A stretch of 64,000 bases of DNA, from the NCBI GenBank assembly GCA_012295275.1, contig CM022670.1, positions 28,086,001 to 28,150,000 on the forward strand, read 5' to 3'. Positions 1 to 10,125 of this stretch are shown in pieces. This DNA comes from Chrysomallon squamiferum (taxonomy: Eukaryota > Animalia > Mollusca). Position numbers and translations under genes: made by a program. How positions within the stretch are numbered: position 1 is the stretch's first letter; each line of letters begins with the position of its first letter. Below the pieces are notes generated by a model. It was not told the DNA's origin. It did not search any database and saw nothing but the letters and a program-made list of their open reading frames with translations.

Positions 1-2
1 CA

Positions 3-98
3 CCCGTGTTTTTTGACAACGACGTGTATTCCCATGACGACCACGAGGAAGGGTTTTACGTCGTCAATGCAGAAGAAAATGGGAAAGCAATCAGTTAA
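3..98 (+). CDS. Probable last coding segment of an upstream gene (partial): PVFFDNDVYSHDDHEEGFYVVNAEENGKAIS*
   Basis: The frame starting at base 3 is open to TAA at 96-98. It is GC/CpG-richer than the AT-rich sequence that follows, which looks like a 3'UTR. FDNDVY resembles an FDNPVY-type cytoplasmic sorting motif. The 5' part lies outside the window. Confidence 0.4.
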   Translation, partial: PVFFDNDVYSHDDHEEGFYVVNAEENGKAIS

Positions 99-536
99 AC
101 AAACAAAAACAACAAATATTGAAAAATTAAAACAATACACACAGGAACAGAAAAGACCATATGTTTTTATCACTGGGCGGAAATATGTAAACATTTAATG
201 TGATTTCTTTCTTATTTATTTATTTATTTATTTATTTTTTTAATTATTATTATTTTTTATTATATATATATTTCATTAATTTTCATGTGAGATGTGATTT
301 CATACGGTATTAAAGAGAGGATGCTCGGGAATGTCTGGTGGGGTTTTAGTTGTGTTTTGTTATTTTTCTTTCATAAACATTATTACTGGACAAATACGTA
401 GGAACTAGTAGTTTTTAAAAACTTATTTTAAAAAAAACGTATTTATTAATTTACTTTTTTCATTTTTTGGTTTTAGGATAGATCATTTAAAATTATATAT
501 TTGGTAACATGTAATTTAATTTCCTGCAACCAACAA

Positions 537-600
537 CTATTTTTAAATATGTCTTCATAATGAGATACACTATTTTTAAATATGTCTTCATAATGAGATA
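537..600. repeat. Two-copy tandem duplication (about 33 bp)
   Basis: ctatttttaaatatgtcttcataatgagata occurs twice. Confidence 0.8.
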
Positions 601-1549
601 AATATGTTTGTTTTAACAGTCAGCTTACTTCTTTTTTTGTGAGAAATATAATTTTTATCAATGTTATTTTTAAAAGCATTTTGGCAATATTAAATGACTT
701 GTAAATAGTGTAAAAGATTTAGTATAAACATTTATATCTGTGATTAAAGTTTACATTATATATATATAGTTTATGTAAAATTAATACAGTTTGTAATATT
801 TTTTTTATTAATTAATCATGCAGTGTTAAAATATAAATAAAACTTTCTGATACTTATACTAATAATACTAAATATTATAAATAAATATTTCACTGATTAT
901 CTTGAGAAAATAACACGTTATTCAGCTGACTTCACCAACTACTGTTACCAGACAGGAAAATACATAAAATAAATCATAGAACAGAGTCGTATCATAATTT
1001 GTACATGTATTATTATATGTATCATATATGTCTATACAACTGTGTGTGTGTATACAGAGTATGCGTGTATAAACGTACGTATACAAGTTATATTAATGAT
1101 ACTAATAATAGTGTGATAAAATGATATGATCGTGATTAAATGTATATTTTAAACTAATTTGAACAGAATGTGCCACTGTATTTGCCTGTGTAGTTAATTA
1201 AATGATTTATGATATCAGCATTAACTGTATATTTAAATTAATTTGATCAGTCTGTGCCATTTTATTTGCCATTATTGTTTATATTTTTACTGTTTTGTTA
1301 ATACTAGACAGGTGCGGGACACTTGGACTCAGTCTATTGTGTGTGTTTCTTCTAGTCACAACGACATCAAATACACAATGATGTAATATCGTTTGTAAAT
1401 ACATTCCAGTAATATGTAAATTTTTTACTTTTTGTATAAAATAAATAAAAATAATATATCTGCTTTTACCATTTGTTTGTGGAGTTTTTCTTGATCATGG
1501 ATAATTTACAAATAAATTATTTTCATCAGTCACAACTACTTCATCAGGC

Positions 1550-1860
1550 ACACAATGTTTTATTTAATGACACACCCAACACATATTTTAGTTAATAATT
1601 TTAATCAGATGTTATTTAGCATTAGACTTACTGGTAGTACCTATACGGGAAATAAAGAAGAAACCTGCAGATTTCAAACATTAAGCTATTTTAGCAGATG
1701 AGGATCTTTTGTTAAACATACCCACAGACAGGAACATAAGTGTTATTATGGCTTTTGATAAATCAGCTGTGGGGTACTGGTTGGAATGGGAAATACGTAT
1801 GGTTAGGCGGATTCATCACAACTCAGACTGAGCCAGTGTCTGTGTCTGGCACAGTGATAT
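1550..1860 (-). mobile_element. Degenerate SINE-like interspersed repeat copy
   Basis: Shares ordered blocks (atgttttatttaatgacacac; gaaacctgc; agcag..ggatctttt; cccacagacagga; tactggttggaatgggaaata) with other copies in the window. The layout resembles mollusc tRNA-derived SINEs read antisense (from memory). Confidence 0.55.
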
Positions 1861-1929
1861 CACCTCAGTACATAACTGTGTTCAATCTGATATAATAGTT
1901 TAAAATCTATATTTCAGAGACTTGTTTAA

Positions 1930-2340
1930 CAGTAGTAGTAGTAGTAGTAGTAGTAGAACTAGCAGTAGCAGCAGTAGTAATAGTAGTAGTAGTAATAGCA
2001 GTAGTAGCAGTAGTAATAGTAGTACAAGTAGTTCTTCTTATTGTAGCAATAGTAGTTGTAGTAATAGTAGTAGTAATAATAATAGTAGTAGTAGTTGTAT
2101 TGTAGCAGTAGTAGTAATGGTAATAGTAGTAATAATTATTGTAGTAGTAGTAATAATAGTAGTAATAATTATTGTAGTAGTAGTAATAAAAGTAGTAATA
2201 GTAGAAGTAATGGTAGTAGTAGTAGATGTTTTTGTTGTAGCAGCAATGGAACTAGTAGTAGTAGATGTAGTTGCAACAGCAGTGCTAGAAATAGTAGCAG
2301 ATTTTGTTGTAACAGTAGTAGTAATAGTAAAAGTAGTATC
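1930..2340. repeat. Imperfect (AGT/AAT/AGC)n trinucleotide repeat
   Basis: Direct inspection; it explains the poly-Ser and poly-Val ORFs. Confidence 0.9.
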
Positions 2341-2429
2341 AGGTAAGATAGATTAGTTAATTATGTTAACAGCCTTTATCTTGTTATCAGCTTGAGAACA
2401 CACCACACTGACTCTGCATTAATAACAAC

Positions 2430-2494
2430 ATGATAGTGAGAGGTCTTACACTTTTCTCTAGTTTACTCATTGTTTTTAGTGCTACTGATACCAG
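2430..2494 (+). CDS. Secreted protein coding exon 1 (signal peptide)
   Basis: ATG at 2430; MIVRGLTLFSSLLIVFSATDT; donor AG|gtatgt. Confidence 0.75.
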
Positions 2495-3748
2495 GTATGT
2501 CTACATTTTTACCTTCTTGGTCATTTTCTTAAATAATTCATTTGTTTATTACAGTGAGTTATTTAGCAACAGAATGGACAAATACATACAGTGGAGATTT
2601 CAGTTATCTTGAACGCACACCTTATAATCAGTTGAAATGAAAGTATCAGGAAAACAGATGTATTTATAAATTCAGAAATTAATGGATATGTACAATATTG
2701 TGGATGTATACATTTTTGTTATGTGATGTCACAAAACATTAATAGGAAAAAATCCTTAATAGTTTATTTCTCATAGCCATCCTTGAAAAAAACATTCAGT
2801 AACTACTATTCACAATAAAATAAAAAATAATTTTATTTTTATTTTGCATTTTTTTTTTTTTTTTTTAACTTATACTTCATTTTGCAAAATTTCCTTTCCC
2901 ATTATTCTTGGATACTTATTAATTTCTAGTTTCTAATTTTCTTGATTATATTTTGTTTTATTTTTCTAAGTCGTGTCATCCATGAACGTGGAGCTCTGTC
3001 CTACATTGTCAACAAGGGCTGCCTCTATCTGGCACAGTGAGTCATTTACTATGTTTCAAGTACTATCTGGAATGGGATATTATGCTCCAGCAAGTGTCAT
3101 CCATTAATATTTTTTTGTGGGAAGGGCATTTGAAAGATTCCTTAAATACAGACTATCTTGCATGACATTGGGTTTTATCTTTCACATATCATTAAAAAAT
3201 ATTTATTAATATTAAAATGTATTGAGATGTTGCTAAGAAATGTTAATTTATTTGTAAATTTATGGTCTTTTTATTATTATAAGATATATAATTACTATAT
3301 AATATATATATATATATGTTATAGCTAGAGCAGTAATCACTTCTGTTATGTTCTTCAGGATTTTGAAAGATTATATTTTTGCAATCCAAAGGTTTTTTGT
3401 TTTCTTCTACAAGAATTTGAGAGATTTGGGTTGTTTTTTGTTTTTTTCTGTTTAATTATTTTTCACCATAATTTTGGGTTAATTAATTTAATTTTATCTA
3501 TTTATTTGTTTAGTTATGTGAGGAAGTATTACACAGCACTGGAACCAACCCATGACACGTCAGTGGGCGGAGTCACCAACTGGGTCACGTGGGCCAGGGA
3601 CACTGCAGATGCTGCCTACCTGCCAGATGAACTATTCCAGGGACTGGTGAATTGTGGGAAAGGCTACACTTTCTATGCTCTGAATGCACAACAAAATATC
3701 ATACAAGAACATGGTCTAGATCCTCTGCAGCTGATACCAGGAAAATAG
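2430..3748 (+). CDS. Uncharacterised small secreted protein, 121 aa, 3 coding exons
   Basis: join(2430..2494,2971..3036,3514..3748). Both introns are GT-AG and phase 2 (AG|gtatgt...ctaag|T; CA|gtgagt...tttag|T). The spliced frame is open: MIVRGLTLFSSLLIVFSATDTSRVIHERGALSYIVNKGCLYLAHYVRKYYTALEPTHDTSVGGVTNWVTWARDTADAAYLPDELFQGLVNCGKGYTFYALNAQQNIIQEHGLDPLQLIPGK*. Signal-peptide-like N-terminus; upstream acceptor ttatcag at 2390; AATAAA at 3829-3834. Confidence 0.8.
2971..3036 (+). CDS. Secreted protein coding exon 2
   Basis: Polypyrimidine tract ending ctaag|; RVIHERGALSYIVNKGCLYLA; donor |gtgagt. Confidence 0.75.
3514..3748 (+). CDS. Secreted protein coding exon 3 (terminal)
   Basis: Acceptor ttgtttag|; GC-richer open frame ending in TAG at 3746-3748. 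Confidence 0.8.
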
Positions 3749-4742
3749 ATGTTTTTCCTCAAGTTTATGGTTGTGTTTTTTGGTTTTGGTTTTTGTTAAT
3801 TTTAAAATAGAATTGTTTTATTACAGGTAATAAAGAATTTCTGCAGTGGGTTTTTTGTAGTTTTGATGCATTTCTAACATCCAGACTTTTGTTTTAATTT
3901 TAAAATGAGTCCAAATGGTTAACACAGCAAGTTTACTTTTATGGTGAACAAGAAGCAAATGCAACATACTGTACAGCATTCCTTTACCATGAAATTTAAA
4001 TGAAGTTTTGTATCACATTCAGATAGAAAAGTACACTTTATGATAAATCAGTCATGGGCAGTTATGCTACATACATGTTTTTCAACATTTTCTTGGCCAT
4101 CATCTTTACATGTCCATTTTTAAGCTTTATTCATATTTTTTTTTTTTTTTTTTTTTTTTGGGGGTATTCATTTCTTAATTGTTACAAAGAGACAACACAC
4201 TAATAAAACTTAATACAATTTTAATTCAATTCCAAAACAATGTTTTCATGGAAACACATGTCCAATAGGATTAAAAATTTAATTAGAAAATATTCCAAGA
4301 CAGAAAATCAGAAAATATTCACAATTACAGATAGTACCCAGTAAGAAGGGATTTTAAAGTACAGTAAGAAAAGAACTGAATACACTTGTTTTGCAACAGA
4401 TTAGTACATAGAAACAAGTCTTTGAGAAGGGGTAAAATAAGAAAATAAAAATAATTAAAAAAAAAAAAGATACTAAATTAAATACAAAAAATTGAAAAAT
4501 AGTGCAGTGATTATTAAAACTTATATTATATACATATATGTCTGTATATCTGTGTGTACATTTGTAGTTGAATTTGTATTGATTTTGTGAAAGGTATTTT
4601 TTTATTTCACTTACTGTTATTAGCACATACAACTATTTTAAATTAATAAATGTGTTTGGGTTGGCACTTAGTTTTCCAGATATTGCAAGTCAAACAGTGT
4701 GTTGTCTGTTGACAGCAGTTCATACATATTGAGTCAGTTTCT

Positions 4743-4937
4743 TCACCAGTAAAATGAATTGGACAGAAAATTTGCTGCAGAACTAATCCAGCTACTTTTC
4801 TTCTTCTCAGTATTGCCAGTTCGAGCTACAGCTTTGGCATCAACAACTGGGCTGTCAGCATCATCAGAGAGGTAGTCAGGCAGCATCGAGTTTTCCTTGT
4901 CAGCGTCTTCTCCATGTATGCCAAATGACAGCAACAT
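4743..4937 (-). CDS. ARMC1: ARMC1 terminal coding exon
   Basis: MLLSFG...LPDYLSDD...SWISSAANFLSNSFYW*. Confidence 0.95.
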   Translation of the reverse strand: MLLSFGIHGEDADKENSMLPDYLSDDADSPVVDAKAVARTGNTEKKKSSWISSAANFLSNSFYW

Positions 4938-7900
4938 CTACAAGAATATATAATCACAGATATAGTTTTGTTGTGAGGGGTTAGAAAGTCAAAGATTATC
5001 TCTGTTTTCTCATAAGTCAGTCTGTTGTAGCTGTGAACATACTTCAAATCACTTATGAATTATATTTTATATACTGAGAAACGTGAATTATTTTTATGAA
5101 TATTGTCACATAATTGTGCAACAGTTAAAAGTTGAGGATTATTAAATCAAACATCCAGTTCAACAATATTTTAAAGAATTACAGTGCAGTAATGAGAAAC
5201 TTGAAACTTGTTGATATTAATTAAGGGCTGGGTTTTTTTAATTATTATATCTGTTAATGTACGAATACTTATAAATTAAAAAAATGTTAAAGTTATAAGC
5301 TATAAGACATAGCTTATAATTTGTTCATTTCCTTTTATATGGAACTGAAAGCAAAATATTTGGTCTTCGTGACAATTCCAAAAATATTAAACTGCAACAT
5401 CTACACTGACACATCTATAAAGATATCTTGGATTGTTAAATCAAATACAACTTTCGTATCTTAAAAAAATATGTTAAATACCTCTTCTCCATTTTCTTCT
5501 TTAACTACCTGTTGTGCTATCATTGTTTGTGACTTAGATATAGCATGGACTAATGCCTGTAACAATAAACATGATAATGAAACTACAGAATCAGGAAAAT
5601 TTGCTGATAATACATGCAAAATAGCAAGAAATGTAGTTTTAGTGGATACAGAGCAGCAAATTGTAATTACCTCATTTATTATTATTATTAATATTATTAT
5701 TAGTAGTATTGTTGTTGTTATTTTTATTGTCATTATTATTAAAGTTGTTGCTGAGACAGGATACAGAAAATTAGCATTATAGTTAATTAAATAAAATATA
5801 TATATATATACAAATGAATATACCTCTGGTTTTACATCAGGCTTTGTTTTAAGAATGCATCTCTTTTTGTTCAGGTCAAAGGTTATACTGACCACACCTT
5901 TTACATGAAGCAAAAGTCGCATACACAGGTCACGGTCATGCTACAGATATAAAACATCACTTATACAATTTTTCTTTCTGTCCTTTTTGTTTAATTTTAA
6001 TAATTATGTATTTTCTAACTTTAACAATAATAAAAATAAAGATACTGATTTTTGTCAGTCGGTATATTTGTTTCAATAGGTAAATGTGTCAAAATTGGAT
6101 AGTATATGCATACATATAATTTACTATTCAGATGAAACAGTAAGATATCATTTAAAAAATAATGTAACGGAAACTGATCTTTAAACTGAATTTAGATTTG
6201 AATACATCAGTATGTGTTACAATTATAGCAAAAATTGAAATTTAAAATAAAAATAATAAAAGTACAAAATGAAAAATAAATTTATTTTAAATGCAGTTGT
6301 ATGCATGTATTATGAAGCATATCAGAACAAATGCATGCATCAGACAAAAGAAATAAACTGACTTACAATATTGATCATTCCTCTGATCTGCAGAATCACT
6401 GTTCTGTACTTGCCACTAACCAGCAAGCTACGATTTTTTTGAAAGCTGCTGTTTTTCCTGATGAAAAAAAATATAAAAATATAAAAAAATATAAAAAAGT
6501 TTAAATGGCAAATTTAATTTATAACCAAAAACAAAAAGTATTACTATTAGTCATGTTGTTAACTGAAGAGAATTTGTATCATAAATATTTTGGTTCTCTT
6601 TCTCCAATTTTCTGTCACCAGTTCTTAAATTCAAGTGTTGTTACGTTAAATTTCTAAATTTAGAATTTAATTATGATTATTATTTAATGTTATTTATCTT
6701 CATTTATTCAAGTTTTACAGGTAAATAATATGAAATATGGATTTATGAAAATGTTTACTATGCAGAACACCTAACCTCACCTAGATGAACAGCCCTGCAT
6801 ATTGCTGGCATCTTTGAGAGGTGTCTGTTGTAAGAGTTCAGTGTCAGTCAACATCAAGTAGAGTTTCTCAGCCAGATTCTTAACTTCTTCTTTCTCTTCC
6901 TCTCTGTCAGGATAAATTAATTAATTTAATAAAATATCTGACTATAACATTTATTTTAATTTTCATCATAAACTTTATACAGTATAAAAATTAAATAATA
7001 ATAATCCCTCAGTGATGGTGAAATATCTATAAATATTTATGTTATCCAGTAAGAAAATAAAAAAATATAAAATAAATACTATCCAGTGATTTGTGAAGGT
7101 TTAAATAAAGATAATCAGAAAATATATTGTAAACCTTTTCCCTACACCCATTTTATTAGCTTGCTTTCATACATTATTTAACATTAAAACAGAGATGAAA
7201 ACTGGTTTTACACAGCGCTGACAATGAAACATACTTCATTAGAGATTCTAGCTGATCCAACATGCCAATGAAATCTCTCAAACCTGGACAGTTCTCAGGG
7301 CTCTCTGCCAACAAGATCAATGTCTGTAAACAAAACAAAATGAAGTATTCGGTTATTATCTCAGTTACAGTTACAAAAATAATAAATAAATAAATAAACT
7401 GAAATATTATCAAAGCTTGAAAATAATATTTAGCCCCTTCAAATTTTCAAAATAATTTATAAAAAAAAATCTAAATAAAATATTTTACCTCTAAGGCCAA
7501 TACAACAATATTTGCATCCTTGTTGGAAAGCACAACTACAAGTCCTCCAATGCAGGTTTTGTCCTGAAACACACACACTTCAGAGTTTCAACGCAGTATT
7601 AGACATTTGGAGTAACATTATATATTACAAATGCAAACTTAATTTGTTCTGCAAATGATACATCTTTCCATTCTTATTGGTATTAAACTATGCCTATGTT
7701 TTCATTTAACTCTATTTAATACTAAATTAAATAATAGTGTTTTAAACTTTAATACCAAATTTCAACATACTCTTTTCGTATCTTCCAAATATAAGAGACC
7801 TACATAGATTTACAGATTTTATTTTTTAATCTTATTATTATTATTATTATTATTGTTATATATATATATATATTTAAGTTTTTCTTTTGGAGTTGTTTTT

Positions 7901-8083
7901 TGTGTTTTTACTTCTTTTTTTTCTTTTTTTTTTCTTTTTTGTTGTTGTTTTTTTGAAAAAGAGGAGGAAGAAAAAAGAAAGAAAAAAAACGTGAATTATT
8001 TTTGGTGCCTTTGACAGAGCTGCTCTTTTCTTTGGGTCAGAGGCCAGGGCTTTCATAGCCAAAATAGCATTTGTTGTAACCAT
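4743..8083 (-). CDS. ARMC1: Armadillo repeat-containing protein 1 (ARM repeat + HMA-like domain + conserved C-terminal tail), 279 aa
   Basis: complement(join(8009..8083,7489..7563,7235..7323,6781..6903,6367..6457,5824..5940,5482..5556,4743..4937)) = 840 nt with all phases consistent. Motifs that match human ARMC1 as I recall it: LASDP, RTVILQIRG, KGVVSITF, AQQVVKEENGEE, LPDYL, SWISSAANFLSNSFYW*. Confidence 0.95.
5482..5556 (-). CDS. ARMC1: ARMC1 coding exon 7
   Basis: ALVHAISKSQTMIAQQVVKEENGEE. Confidence 0.92.
5824..5940 (-). CDS. ARMC1: ARMC1 coding exon 6 (HMA-like domain)
   Basis: HDRDLCMRLLLHVKGVVSITFDLNKKRCILKTKPDVKPE. Confidence 0.92.
6367..6457 (-). CDS. ARMC1: ARMC1 coding exon 5
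   Basis: KNSSFQKNRSLLVSGKYRTVILQIRGMINI; donor |gtaagt. Confidence 0.9.
6781..6903 (-). CDS. ARMC1: ARMC1 coding exon 4
   Basis: EEEKEEVKNLAEKLYLMLTDTELLQQTPLKDASNMQGCSS; phase 2 to phase 2. Confidence 0.88.
7235..7323 (-). CDS. ARMC1: ARMC1 coding exon 3
   Basis: TLILLAESPENCPGLRDFIGMLDQLESLM; ttacag| ... |gtatgt. Confidence 0.9.
7489..7563 (-). CDS. ARMC1: ARMC1 coding exon 2
   Basis: DKTCIGGLVVVLSNKDANIVVLALE; tttcag| ... |gtaaaa. Confidence 0.9.
8009..8083 (-). CDS. ARMC1: ARMC1 coding exon 1
   Basis: MVTTNAILAMKALASDPKKRAALSK. The acceptor ttattgcag puts the exon start at 8100. The donor appears to be a non-canonical AAG|GCACCA. Confidence 0.8.
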
Positions 8084-8776
8084 GATGGCAATTGAAGATT
8101 CTGCAATAAGAAAACAAGCCAATCAATTTTACAAATTGGATTAAATTAGGATTTGTTTTTTTTTTTTTTTTTTGTTGTTGTTGTTTTGTTGTTTTTTTGT
8201 ACAAAATTATATCAAGCATCATAAATATTAATGTTATGAAATGATTAAATCAAACAATTGGTAGTCTTGTTATTTAAGGAATCGGTGATCATAGTAATGG
8301 TTAATTAATTACGTCAGTGATTTACTGATTATATGTTCAAATATCGATTATTACTGAGAGACGACAACTCAACTGTCACAATCATTGAAATTTGAATCAA
8401 CAATGTTACGAATGTATAAAATTAAAAGTTAGTTGTTACAAATCATGTCTTTTTGTTGTATTTATAATGTAAATTATTAATAAGTAACACATTTAATGAT
8501 TTATAAACTAAATGATCACTTAAAATGAAATACGTATTAGTGTAAGTGACTTTATCTTAACTACGATTTATTAATATAGTATATACCAAACAATAATCGT
8601 AATAGCGAATTATTCAGTTAATCGACTTAGTTACTGCGGCAGTGGCTAAAGATATGATAAAACATCCGACTTCAAATTAGTGTTGACAGTTATAGAAAAC
8701 TATGCGTTTTTTAATTTAAAATTTAAAAATACTACAGTAGCTATCACAGCTCAAGGTTAATAAGTTTAATACTCAC

Positions 8777-8840
8777 GTTGAACTGTTATACACAAGCAAA
8801 CAAAAACAATCTAAAATGAATTTGTTAAATTTACCACCGA
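8777..8840 (-). other. ARMC1: Putative non-coding first exon of ARMC1 (5' boundary uncertain)
   Basis: Strong minus-strand donor |GTGAGT (actcac at 8771-8776) just downstream of a CCAAT/ETS cluster; it can splice to the acceptor at 8100. Confidence 0.5.
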
Positions 8841-8854
8841 TGTAGATACACGTT

Positions 8855-8900
8855 TATTTCATTGGCTGGTGAAACAGGAAGTTGCTGATTATTGGTTGAA
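8855..8900. promoter_or_regulatory. Putative ARMC1-proximal promoter module: two CCAAT boxes flanking an ETS core
   Basis: ATTGG at 8861-8865 and 8891-8895 (30 bp apart); CAGGAAGT at 8875-8882. Confidence 0.5.
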
Positions 8901-9209
8901 ATGAAATACTGTAAATTTAATAACAATTCATGTCTGGCATTCGGAATGTTTTGATTTGTGGAATCTACTTAAATTAAATTTTGAAAAACTTTTTAAATGT
9001 TTCTTGTACAGGATCTTATTTACAGAAATACATTAAATAAAATAAAAATAATAAAATTAATATTAAAACATTGTTTATACGTGAATTTCAAGACTAATAA
9101 ATATTATTGTTATTATTATTATCATTATTTTTTATATAATTTAATTTTTATTACATACTTACATTTAAAAGATATTGTATAAAATAATAAAGTTTATAAT
9201 TAGTCATAT

Positions 9210-9260
9210 AATGATGATGATGATGATGATTATTATTATTATTATTATTATTACTACTAC

Positions 9261-9325
<65 letters not shown>
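9210..9325. repeat. Compound (ATG)n(ATT)n(ATTT)n microsatellite between ARMC1 and MTFR
   Basis: Direct inspection. Confidence 0.9.
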
Positions 9326-9419
9326 TTCCATCGGAATGTTTATTTCCAATAACTGTTTGGAAAGAAAATAAAGGAAATAATCCTTTATTCGTATTGAATG
9401 AATTCATGCTTTTAATATA

Positions 9420-9470
9420 TAACCGGATGTATAAATGATTGGACAATATGGCGAGGGTTTTTCAAAATGG
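9420..9470 (+). promoter_or_regulatory. Putative MTFR-proximal promoter module: ETS + CCAAT + YY1-like motifs
   Basis: CCGGATGT 9423-9430, ATTGG 9438-9442 and AATATGGCG 9445-9453 lie within about 30 bp in otherwise CpG-poor DNA. Confidence 0.45.
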
Positions 9471-10038
9471 AAATGTTAATAACATTTATTGAGGTCTGTT
9501 GACTAATGAATATATAACAAAAACTTGTGTTATTTATTACAAATATTTTGTCTATTGTTTTTATATTATTGTGCTTTTGTTTTATACATGGCATTTTTAC
9601 AATCTTAATTCAAATTTTTTTAAACTTCGGTTTAACACGTGATTTATTTTATAATTTAAATGTCAGGAATGTGAACGTAATCATGTCAGTGACATTGTCA
9701 CGTATATCAATATTAAATATAACTTTATTTGTTTCAATTTGCTTTTAGATTTAGTAAGAAAGTCTGTTTTAATTTTTATTCAGAAAAATAATTGTAAAAT
9801 ACAGTGTAATTTGAATGTTATAAAAATAAAAAATAAAAAATTTAGCGATTTACATTTTAATTTCATACGGCTAGGGACAATTTGTTTTAATATTGTTTTA
9901 TTTTATTTTTATTATTATTATTTTTTTCACCAGAGTAACAATTATTTATTTATTTATATATTTATACTAATATAGGCTGATACCATTGTTTGGAAATTTA
10001 CACTGTGACTGTGAGGGTGAAGCAGAATTAATCTCAGA

Positions 10039-10125
10039 ATGGATGTTATAGATGATGTGACCAATATACTTCATCTTATTCTAGACTACCTAGGAATTGA
10101 CCTTGCAGAATTTGTACAGGCTGTT
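10039..10125 (+). CDS. MTFR2: MTFR coding exon 1
   Basis: MDVIDDVTNILHLILDYLGIDLAEFVQAV; donor |gtaagt; acceptor tatag at 9975. Confidence 0.85.

Noticed and set aside
13-198. 61-aa ORF from the track (MTTTCIPM...)
   Set aside because: It starts at TTG and runs into A-rich UTR-like sequence; frame 3 ending at TAA 98 looks more protein-like.
1922-2356. 144-aa poly-Ser/poly-Val ORF and overlapping 83-aa ORF
   Set aside because: They are translations of an (AGT)n microsatellite, with no splice or compositional support.
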